Shown here: piece by piece, positions 29,932 to 38,377 of the stretch
How the letters are laid out: every line of letters starts with the position of its first letter
How positions within the stretch are numbered: the stretch's first letter is position 1
Assembly: GCA_022844165.1 (NCBI GenBank)
Contig: JALHMH010000008.1
Location: 73,834-137,833, forward strand
Source of the DNA: Lysobacterales bacterium
GTDB lineage: Bacteria > Pseudomonadota > Gammaproteobacteria > Xanthomonadales > SZUA-5
DNA: 64,000 nucleotides
Direction of reading: 5' to 3'
Notes under the pieces: model-generated
Databases searched by the model: none
The model's input: only the letters and a program-made list of their open reading frames with translations
What the model was told of the DNA's origin: nothing
Translations under genes and position numbers: made by a program

Positions 29932-30014
29932 CGCCTTTTCAGGGCTCTGCTGCAACGGTGCGATCCGACCCAGGGCTTGCGCCCTGGGCTATTGCCTTAC
30001 GCCCCTGCGGGGCT
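29932..30014. repeat. REP-like triple hairpin
   Basis: CGCCTTTTCAGGGCT ... ACCCAGGGCTTGCGCCCTGGGCT ... CGCCCCTGCGGGGCT between convergent genes. Confidence 0.65.
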
Positions 30015-30078
30015 TGCCATTGCGCGCCTGTATCGTTCAGCGAGACATCGAATTCCTCGCCACCGGGCAGCGCACAGT

Positions 30079-32814
30079 TCAACGCGACCTGGCCAGCTCC
30101 GCGCGCAGCCAACGGCCATCGGCGCCGGCGTTTTGAATGAGCTCGCGCGCCATCGCGAGTGCTTCCGTGCGCGCCGCGCCTTCGCTGCGCATGCCGCGCG
30201 CGTAGTGCCAATGCGCGCGCGCCAGCGGCGATAACTCATCGATATCCGGGTACTTCTCGAGCAGCGCATCGACGCGTTCGGCATCGCCCGGTGCGCCCCG
30301 TTTGGCGAGCGTGGCCATGAGTTGAATCGCCGCTGCAATACGCGTGGAGTTGCGTGGCGGCAGTTGCATGTCCAGTTGCTCGTCGCCCGCAGTGAGCAGG
30401 TCCACGGCGCGATCCAAATGCCCGGCCAGACGCTCGGACGTGCCCTCGTTGACGTCTTGAAAAGCGAGCTCCAGTTTTGCGCTGGGCCCGAGCGCCGCGT
30501 AGCCGGCGCGTGCTCGTTCGCGCGTCGCGCGCGACTCGCTGTGACGCCCGAGCGCGGCAAGGGCGTTTGCCATGGCTGCCAGGCGCAACCACGTTTGAAT
30601 GTGCTGCGGACCCTGGCGCTGCTCGGTGAACTGGTGCGCCTGCGCGAACCAGTCCAGGGCTTCTTCGGGCTGGTCGCGGTCCATTGCCAACATACCCAAC
30701 ATGAAGAGGCTCTCGCCCAATTCGGCATATCTCCCCTTGGCCTGGATCGCGCGCGCGGCGTCGGTGAGTGTGCGGGCTTGCTCGAGTTGCCCGAGCTGTC
30801 GGTACACCGAGCCCAGGCGCTGCAGCGCTGCCGCATAGCGCGGGTGATTCTCGCCAACTTCGATGCGCAATATGTCGCGCATACGTTGGTAGTGCACCAG
30901 GGCTTTGTCGTAATGGAAGGTGTTACGCTCGATATCGCCGAGATTGAGCAGCGGAAAGAGCAGAATGGCATGGTTCGCGCCGCGCGCCTTTTCCAGAATG
31001 CGCAGCGCACGTTCGCCGTTCTGACGGGCCTCATCGTATTGGTTCATGCGTGCCAGAAAGCCCGCAAGATTCGACAGGCGCAGTGCCGTATCGGCATGTT
31101 CCGGGCCACGGATCTTCTCGAAGCTGGCGATGACCTGACGCATCAGTTCGACCGCTTCGGCGTAACGCGTCTGCGCAAAGCGGACGCGTGCGAGTTGCGC
31201 GTCGAGACCGGCGATCTTCAGATCGTGATCGCCTGCGGCCTGCGCGTAGATGGCGCGGGCCCGAGCGATGTCGGCCTCAGTCTCGGCGAAGCGTCCGAGC
31301 TGAAATCGCGCAGCAACGCGGGTCATCAACGCATCTGCCAGGCGCGGATCGGCGCCATAGCGTTGCTCGCGGAACGCGATGATTGCGTTGATGCGCGTCA
31401 GTTCTGGATCGTTGCCGCCCAGGCTGATTTCCAGGTCGGCCAGATCGCCAACAACGGCATCGCGTAGCTCTTCGTCGCCGGCAAGTTCGCGCTCCGCGCT
31501 GTCGATGCCGGTGCGCACGAGCTCAAGCGGCGTTCGCGCTTTTTCGCCACTTCGGTTGATGCCGTCGCTTTCGCCAAAGATCTGAATCACGAAGTCCTTG
31601 ACCTTGTGCGCTCGCTCGGACTCCGCTTTAGCGCGCGCAGCCTCGGTCCGTGCAATCTGCGCTTGCTGCTCGGCGCGCCGCGCCTCGATCAGCGCCAGTG
31701 CGCTGCCGGCGATCAGCGCAACCGCCGCCAACAAGGCGAAGGCGGCGGCATACCGATGGCGGGCCAGGAATTTGGCCAACAGATAGCGTCGCGTCGGGCG
31801 CCGCGCTTGCACCGGTTCTTTGCGTAAAAAACGGTCGATGTCGTCGCTCAAGGCCATCACGCTGGCGTAACGTCGTTGCGGTTCGGCGCGCAGCGCGCCA
31901 GCCACGATGGCATCGAGATCGCCACGCAGCGTCTGCGCGGGGTAGGGAAGGCCCACGCCAGCGGCCTGGCTCACGCGCTGCGACTCTTCGGTATCGATTG
32001 ATGCAACCAGCGCCAATGCGGACCCGGTGCGGCTTTCCGGCAGTCGTCCTGCGACCAGCTCGAACAACATCAGGCCCAGCGCATACACATCCGTCGCAGT
32101 CGACACCGGTTCGTTGCGCAACTGCTCGGGTGCTGCATAAGCGGGCGTCATCGACGCGAGCGTGGACTCGTGCTGCGTCTCGTCCAGGAGCTTGGCGATA
32201 CCGAAGTCCAGGAGTTTCGGCTCATGGTCGGGATTGACCAGAACATTGCTCGGTTTGAGATCGCGATGCACGATCAAATGACGATGCGCAAAAGCCACCG
32301 CAGCACAGATTTTTTGGAACAGACGCAATCGTTCGATCAGGCTGCGGCCGTTTGCCCACTGCGTGAGGACAACGCCCGGCACGTATTCGATCGCCATCCA
32401 CGGTGCACCGCGTTCATCGACACCCGCATCGATAAAACGCGCAATGCCAGGATGCTCAAGGCGCGCCAGGATCTGCCGTTCGGCGCGCAGTTTTGCGCGA
32501 AAACGCTCGGTGTCGACGCGCAGGCGTTTGATCGCTACGTGCTGAATCACCGCGCCATCGCGGCGTTCGCCCAGCCACACCTCGCCCATGCCCCCGCTGC
32601 CGATGCTGCGGATGCAAAGCCAGGGACCCAATTGCTGATTGCCAGCTGCGGACGGCGCAGCAGAACTCAAACCTTCGGCGACCCGCGCAAACGCCAGCAA
32701 GCGCTGCACTTCCGGCAGTGCGCGCAACGCTTCGGGCAGGCTCTCCGGATCGATCGGCTCACCCGCGCCGATGCGCTCAACCAATTGTTCAAAGGTGATC
32801 GTTGTTTGCGTCAT
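30079..32814 (-). CDS. Ser/Thr kinase with TM and TPR repeats (no adjacent ECF)
   Basis: GSGGMG, VAIK, HRDLKPSN, DFG, YAAPEQ; kinesin-light-chain-like TPRs (GPEHADTA, GENHPRYA). Confidence 0.93.
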   Translation of the reverse strand: MTQTTITFEQLVERIGAGEPIDPESLPEALRALPEVQRLLAFARVAEGLSSAAPSAAGNQQLGPWLCIRSIGSGGMGEVWLGERRDGAVIQHVAIKRLRVDTERFRAKLRAERQILARLEHPGIARFIDAGVDERGAPWMAIEYVPGVVLTQWANGRSLIERLRLFQKICAAVAFAHRHLIVHRDLKPSNVLVNPDHEPKLLDFGIAKLLDETQHESTLASMTPAYAAPEQLRNEPVSTATDVYALGLMLFELVAGRLPESRTGSALALVASIDTEESQRVSQAAGVGLPYPAQTLRGDLDAIVAGALRAEPQRRYASVMALSDDIDRFLRKEPVQARRPTRRYLLAKFLARHRYAAAFALLAAVALIAGSALALIEARRAEQQAQIARTEAARAKAESERAHKVKDFVIQIFGESDGINRSGEKARTPLELVRTGIDSAERELAGDEELRDAVVGDLADLEISLGGNDPELTRINAIIAFREQRYGADPRLADALMTRVAARFQLGRFAETEADIARARAIYAQAAGDHDLKIAGLDAQLARVRFAQTRYAEAVELMRQVIASFEKIRGPEHADTALRLSNLAGFLARMNQYDEARQNGERALRILEKARGANHAILLFPLLNLGDIERNTFHYDKALVHYQRMRDILRIEVGENHPRYAAALQRLGSVYRQLGQLEQARTLTDAARAIQAKGRYAELGESLFMLGMLAMDRDQPEEALDWFAQAHQFTEQRQGPQHIQTWLRLAAMANALAALGRHSESRATRERARAGYAALGPSAKLELAFQDVNEGTSERLAGHLDRAVDLLTAGDEQLDMQLPPRNSTRIAAAIQLMATLAKRGAPGDAERVDALLEKYPDIDELSPLARAHWHYARGMRSEGAARTEALAMARELIQNAGADGRWLRAELARSR

Positions 32815-32908
32815 GGCTGAACGATGTCAATCTTGATTCGGGCCTGTGAGTATTCGGACGTCAAGTCGAATCATGAACGCCCACACAGTTGCGCCAGTCC
32901 GCGACCGC

Positions 32909-34903
32909 TCAATCGCCGATGCCGAGTTTCTTGCGAATCGCGGCGGTGTTGTAGCGCCGATCGCCACGGATGACGGTCGATACTTTGCGCAGGTCGCTGA
33001 TGTCGACGGAAGGGTCGCCATCGACAAGAATCATGTCGGCGACCATCCCGGGGGCGATTTTGCCGTACCGATCACTTTCGCCCATGACCCTCGCGGCATC
33101 CCAGCTGGCGATGCGCAGTGCGTCGGCTGGGGGAATGCCTGCGCTGACGTACAGCTCCAGTTCTCGCTGTAGCGCCCAAACCGGCGTGGCATCTGTGCCC
33201 GCCACGATTTGCACGCCAGCACGATGCACCACGCCGACAATATCGATCATGCGCTGATACGACAGTTTGTAATGCCGATCGTTGCTGGCATCGGTGGGTA
33301 AACCGCCCGTCGCGGCGCGGATCGCGCGTTGCCAGGTGGGTGGCAGGCTGCTGATGCTGGTGGTGAAGGTTGGCCCCATTCTGCCGGGGCGATCCAGGAA
33401 CAAACCCTCGAATGTCACCAGGGTAGGATCGATGACTGTGCCCTTGTCCTTCATCAGCGCAATCAGGCGGCGCACCGGCGAGCCGGTCAATGCAACGCCA
33501 TATGCATTCTGTGCGACCACCGTAAAGCGCTGCGGTGTGCGCGTGTCGACGGTTGGGCCCGCCAGGAAATTGAGAAACAGAAAGTTCGCATGCTGCAATT
33601 CATCGGCGCCCTGAGCAATGAACTGTTCCGCATTCATGCCCTGCGGAACGTGGCCTGAGAGCCTCAGTCCGCGTGCCTTTGCCGTTTGCGAAATGATCGG
33701 CACGAGTTCAGGCTTCAGCGAACTGTAGACCTTGATTTGGCGATACCCTGCGTCGGCGTAGTCATTGACCGCCTTGATCGCTTCCGCCTCGGTATCGGCA
33801 AACACTTTGGTCGGGCCAGCGTAGGGACCGCGACCATCGATGAAACCAGCTCGTACGATACGCGGACCAACATCCTCGCCGTCTTCGATGGCGCGTTCGA
33901 GTGCGTCGAGTGCGGATTGTTCGTTGGCCATGTCGCGCACGCTGGTCACACCGCTCATCAGGTGCAGCATCCCATCCGAACCGGCGCTGATGTGCACGTG
34001 CATATCCCAGAGGCCCGGCATCAGGAACTGCCCCTTCGCATCCAGAATCTCTGCCTTGGGTGGGGCCTCGATGTTCGGGCCCACGGCAGCAATCTTGCCA
34101 TCGGCGATGAGCACGGATTGCGGATGGCTGACAGTCTTGTGCTCGGCATCGAAAACGCGCGCATTGGCGATCAGGAGGGGTCGACGGATCCACAGCGTCA
34201 GATCTTGAGCTCGCACCTTTGCCAGCCGAGCCTCTTCGCTGCGCTGTCGCTCTCCGATCGTCTCAAGCGCATCTTCATAACCCTCGCGCACAAGTGAAAA
34301 CCAGGGCGACCAAGACGCGAACATCTCCTGATCGCCGTCCAGCCAGATCAGTGCCGGCATCATGTCCAGACCTTCGATGGCATACAGCGCAACACGCCTC
34401 CGCTGCTTGCCTGAGCCAACCTTGGTATCGCCAATCTTGCGCACGTGCGCCTGTCCGGAAGGCAACAGCGGCAAAGGCTGCTGGCTGTTGGCTAATGCGG
34501 CACGGGCCAACATGGCCAGGTCTTCGGGTGTCCCTTCGAGCGACAGGTAAAACGCATCCAGTTGATCGCTTGATTCGTCTTCCGCCGAGTTTCTCCATTG
34601 CGCGCGGGTATCGTCGCGATGAAACGACTCGTCGACCGGCGATTTCATGTAGCTGACCCCGCGGATGCGGAGCGAGCGCTGCAGGCCGCGTTCGTCGACG
34701 CGGTACTCGCCGTCGAGATTCGGGCCGCGGCCGCGATCATTGAACTCGTAGTGCACGACGCGCGTCAGCGGATCGGGCCGCTCGATCAGCATATGGCCCG
34801 ATGCTTTGCCCATGGTCAGCATGGTGTAGCGCTGATTTTCTGCCAATGCGCGCGTTGATGTGAGCGTCAGAGTGGCGGCCAGCAGGAACCATGCAGCGCG
34901 CAT
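32909..34903 (-). CDS. Secreted amidohydrolase-family protein
   Basis: Signal peptide, PGLWDMHVH, GVTSVRD, AGTDA, ADMILVDGDP. Confidence 0.9.
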   Translation of the reverse strand: MRAAWFLLAATLTLTSTRALAENQRYTMLTMGKASGHMLIERPDPLTRVVHYEFNDRGRGPNLDGEYRVDERGLQRSLRIRGVSYMKSPVDESFHRDDTRAQWRNSAEDESSDQLDAFYLSLEGTPEDLAMLARAALANSQQPLPLLPSGQAHVRKIGDTKVGSGKQRRRVALYAIEGLDMMPALIWLDGDQEMFASWSPWFSLVREGYEDALETIGERQRSEEARLAKVRAQDLTLWIRRPLLIANARVFDAEHKTVSHPQSVLIADGKIAAVGPNIEAPPKAEILDAKGQFLMPGLWDMHVHISAGSDGMLHLMSGVTSVRDMANEQSALDALERAIEDGEDVGPRIVRAGFIDGRGPYAGPTKVFADTEAEAIKAVNDYADAGYRQIKVYSSLKPELVPIISQTAKARGLRLSGHVPQGMNAEQFIAQGADELQHANFLFLNFLAGPTVDTRTPQRFTVVAQNAYGVALTGSPVRRLIALMKDKGTVIDPTLVTFEGLFLDRPGRMGPTFTTSISSLPPTWQRAIRAATGGLPTDASNDRHYKLSYQRMIDIVGVVHRAGVQIVAGTDATPVWALQRELELYVSAGIPPADALRIASWDAARVMGESDRYGKIAPGMVADMILVDGDPSVDISDLRKVSTVIRGDRRYNTAAIRKKLGIGD

Positions 34904-34967
34904 AACGATCCTTGATCGAAAAGACACGCTGCAAGATCGGCGCGCGCGGCTGGCGCGTCAAGTGCCT

Positions 34968-35972
34968 TCAAGGCGCACAGTCGACGTTGGCGCACACGGT
35001 GACGCGGACCTGGCCCCGATCCTCGTAGGCGAAGACGGGGCGACCATCGGTGCGCAGTGCGAGCGACGGATTGTCCCCGCGCTCCGGTGCCGGATCGGGT
35101 GTGCGCAGCGTGGTCGTTGCGCAAGCGACATCGGCGCACACGCGCAGCGAAATGCCATTCACGCTGCGATAGGCGACCCTGGGATAGCCGTCGGCGGCGA
35201 ACGCGATATCCGTTCCGGTATCGGCGTTTCCAGTGCCCAGGACAACCGAAGTGCCGGTCTGGCAGATGCCCAAACCGCCTGCGCAACGAAGCACTCGGAT
35301 GGTGCCGGTTTGGTCGCGATACGCCAGCGTGCCGATGCCATCTGGCGCCATCGCTGAGGATAGCCCGCCGTAGATGCCGACAGCCAATCGGTAGGTTTCA
35401 TCCACCGAGCACGCGTTGTTCAAGCAAACCACTGCTTCGAGATCAACTACGTTTGCGGAGAAACTCAGCGGCAAGCCTGTAGCGCTGACGATAGCGGCCA
35501 GCGGTGCGACGATTTCCCCGTCGGCCCTCAATCCGTGCCAGGTCGAACTCGTACAACCGCGATCTACGCAATCTTCGCCGGTGATCCGGAAGGCGATCTC
35601 ACTGTGGACGAACCATGGAAGCTCGGACGAACGAAGGACCAGGGCGACGCCCGAACCTGCATTGAACGAACCAACATCGACGGCCCGCAAACTGCCGTTG
35701 GCGCAGGTTTCGTCGCTACAGTCGAAGCCGTACAAGTCTTCGCCGATCGCGTCGCGATAGGCGATCAACGCGGTGTCGTCGGCGCGCAATACCAGATCGA
35801 TAGACCCCTCGAAGGCTGCGCCGACCGCATCGATGGTCCGCACGATGGCGGTGGCGCAGGTTGCATCACCGCAGGTTGCCAGCTTGATCTCATCGGTGTC
35901 GGCGTCATAGAACGCGGTCACTGGCCGCCCGTCGCTGCGCAACACCAGCTTTGGCCACAGCCCCGAATCGTC
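34968..35972 (-). pseudogene. 5'-truncated beta-propeller-like repeat protein
   Basis: Repeats of L-x-x-DG-x-P-x-x-A-Y/F...C-x-D-x-x-C; starts mid-repeat with no signal peptide or RBS. Confidence 0.65.
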
Positions 35973-36105
35973 ACCAAGTCTGGTGCCCGTGTTAGCAGCA
36001 TGTGCAGAACGGCGTATGCCTGGGGACGAAGCGCGCGCTGCCCCTCAGGTGTTGAAAGTCGTTCGCAGGCTGTATCGAGCTCATACGCATCAAGTTCGTC
36101 CGTGA
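35970..36105 (-). pseudogene. N-terminal fragment of a CadC/OmpR-type winged-helix regulator
   Basis: YELDTACERLSTPEGQRALRPQAYAVLHMLLTRAPDLVT resembles the start of a wHTH domain and then breaks off. Confidence 0.55.
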
Positions 36106-36235
36106 ATGAGCAAAAGCACAAACGCATCGCGGCATCCTGGGCTGTCAGTCTTTAGATGCTCACGCGAAATCCGGAAAAACTTCGCCACTCCCGAAGCGAT
36201 CTTGCGAGCGTTGTAACCGCTTTTGCCATGGCAAC

Positions 36236-37660
36236 CTACTCGAACCCATTGCTGAGCAGGTCTTGCTGGACGCCGAGTCGAATCAGTCGGACGCGGCCGT
36301 TGGCGAGGCTGTCGGTCAGCAGCAGCGGGCGTCCGGCGGCATCGACGGTGATGTCGAATATCCGTGGTGTGTCGAGCCCATCGAGTCGCGGGCAGAAGTC
36401 GTAGTCGCACGCGCCGCGGCGATCGAGTCGCGAGACCAACATCCGGTTGTCTTGCGGCGTGCCGCCGTTGAGTTCGGCAACGCCGCCCAGCAGCACTCGT
36501 CCGCCGGGTGTGGCGTACAGGCTCTTGATCTCGGTGGTCAGCGCCGGATTGGTGGTCGTCACCGAGCGAAATCCACCCGGTCCGAATTCGGCTGCGAGCG
36601 GACCTTCTTCTCTTAGTGCGACGATATGGCCGTTGCCGAACGTGGCCGAGTCCTGCACGGCGACGAAAATCCGGTTTGTCGCCGCGACGATCGCGCTCGC
36701 AAGGCTGTTGTTGGCGACGCCGATCTGTGCGGCGGTCAGCAGATGCTGGAAGCCGGCGCTGTTGCCGCAGCTCGATGCATCGGCGCAGAAGCTGCCGTCG
36801 GTAACGCCGGTGCTGGTCAGCCGGGCGATGCCGAAGGTCTTCACGCCGTCGCGGGTCCAATCGCCGAGGACCACCAGCCGGCCGCTTGGGTCCAGCGTCG
36901 AGCGCGCGAAAAATGCCAGGCCGGTGCCGGGAAAACTCACGCTGGCATAACCCGCGAATCCGTAGCTGGTATCGATCGTGCCGTTCTCGGCGTTGACACG
37001 GAGCACGCCCACCGAGCGCTCGCCGCTGGCGCCGCGGCGGTCGGCGACAACGTAAAGCAGCTCGCCGATGGCGTGCAAGCCGTAGACCGTGCCGCCGGTG
37101 GTTCCGCCGAAGTCTTCGAATCGATAGCCGGCGCAACCGCCGGCCGCAAAATTCGGATCGAGCTGGGCGGTTGGGGTGATGCTGCACAAGCGCAAGCGTG
37201 GGCTGCCATTGAACTGATCGCTTCCGAGAACGAAGATCCGATCGAATACGGTGATCGTTGGGCCGACGTTGCGCTGCCAGCGCGTGTAGGCGAAATGGAC
37301 CACCGAATCCATGCTCACGGCCGTAACCGCTTTGCCGATGCCGAAGGAGCCATAGGTGGTGTCCAGCAGGCCACTGTTGGTGAATCGCGCGGTCGCCACC
37401 GCTCTCGACACGCCGGTGACCGGGTCCGGGTTGTATGCGGTCATGACCCAATAGCGCGGTGCTTCGAATATCGTGCGTCCTGGTACTTCAACGACTTTCC
37501 GGCCGATGCCGACCGAGCCGGGCAGGGTGTCGAATTGCAGGGAGAAATCGTGGATCCCGTTGGCGTTCGGGCCGAACTGGATATCGAAACTGCCATCGTC
37601 GGCCATCGCCGTCGCAACGCAAAACGCGAACCAGAGGCCTACGCAAAAACGAATGATCAT
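36236..37660 (-). CDS. Secreted delta-60-like repeat protein with C-terminal DLLSNGFE
   Basis: Signal peptide; repeats GLLDTTYG, QLDPNFAAGG, GTIDTSYG, GVTDGSF. Confidence 0.85.
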   Translation of the reverse strand: MIIRFCVGLWFAFCVATAMADDGSFDIQFGPNANGIHDFSLQFDTLPGSVGIGRKVVEVPGRTIFEAPRYWVMTAYNPDPVTGVSRAVATARFTNSGLLDTTYGSFGIGKAVTAVSMDSVVHFAYTRWQRNVGPTITVFDRIFVLGSDQFNGSPRLRLCSITPTAQLDPNFAAGGCAGYRFEDFGGTTGGTVYGLHAIGELLYVVADRRGASGERSVGVLRVNAENGTIDTSYGFAGYASVSFPGTGLAFFARSTLDPSGRLVVLGDWTRDGVKTFGIARLTSTGVTDGSFCADASSCGNSAGFQHLLTAAQIGVANNSLASAIVAATNRIFVAVQDSATFGNGHIVALREEGPLAAEFGPGGFRSVTTTNPALTTEIKSLYATPGGRVLLGGVAELNGGTPQDNRMLVSRLDRRGACDYDFCPRLDGLDTPRIFDITVDAAGRPLLLTDSLANGRVRLIRLGVQQDLLSNGFE

Positions 37661-37793
37661 GATCGGGGACCGTGCCGTGAAGGGTACTGTCCGCTCTCGT
37701 AATCGGGCGCCGAAGACTGACATCGCCGTTCGGACGCCGCGGTCGCTCCGATATGATGACCGCCGCCAGGCGAGCGCCACGCACGGGATGCAA

Positions 37794-38315
37794 ATGACGG
37801 ACGCCACACTGCAGGCATTGGTCTATCGCGAGCTCAAGCAGCTCGCTCGACGCGCGCTCAAGCCCTTTGCGATGCACGAGACGCTCAATACCACTGCTCT
37901 GGCGCATGAGGCCTACGTCAAGCTCGCGCAGCACGCCGCGCGGCATGCGATGGCGCCGGAGCATCTTCGCGCCCTGGTGGCGCGTACCATGCGCCAATTG
38001 CTGGTCGATCGAGCGCGCCGCCGGTTCAGCGAAAAACACGGTGCGACTGCGTTGGCGCCGCCGGCATCAGCGGAGCCGGGCGATCTGCAGTTCGACGGCC
38101 AACCGATCGACATCGTGCTGGTCGATGACCTGCTGGTACAGCTCGCCGCGCTCGATCGCCGCCAGGCGGAGATCGTGGAGCAGCATGTGTTCGGCGGCAT
38201 GAGCTTTGCCGAGATCGCGAACCTGCATCAGCTGACCGAGCGCACCATTTTTCGCGATTGGCGCAAGGCGCGGGCATTCCTGATCGCACGAATGGATGGT
38301 CTGGCGTCGCCGTGA
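37794..38315 (+). CDS. Kinase-associated ECF sigma factor (ECF43/EcfK-like)
   Basis: VYRELKQLA, TLNTTALAHEAYVKL, RTIFRDWRKARAFL; alternative ATG at 37788. Confidence 0.92.
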   Translation: MTDATLQALVYRELKQLARRALKPFAMHETLNTTALAHEAYVKLAQHAARHAMAPEHLRALVARTMRQLLVDRARRRFSEKHGATALAPPASAEPGDLQFDGQPIDIVLVDDLLVQLAALDRRQAEIVEQHVFGGMSFAEIANLHQLTERTIFRDWRKARAFLIARMDGLASP

Positions 38316-38377
38316 GGCCAGCCGATTGTCAGTGTTTCTCCCCCGGCGTCGAGAAGGGGACTATTTGAGGTCTGCCC

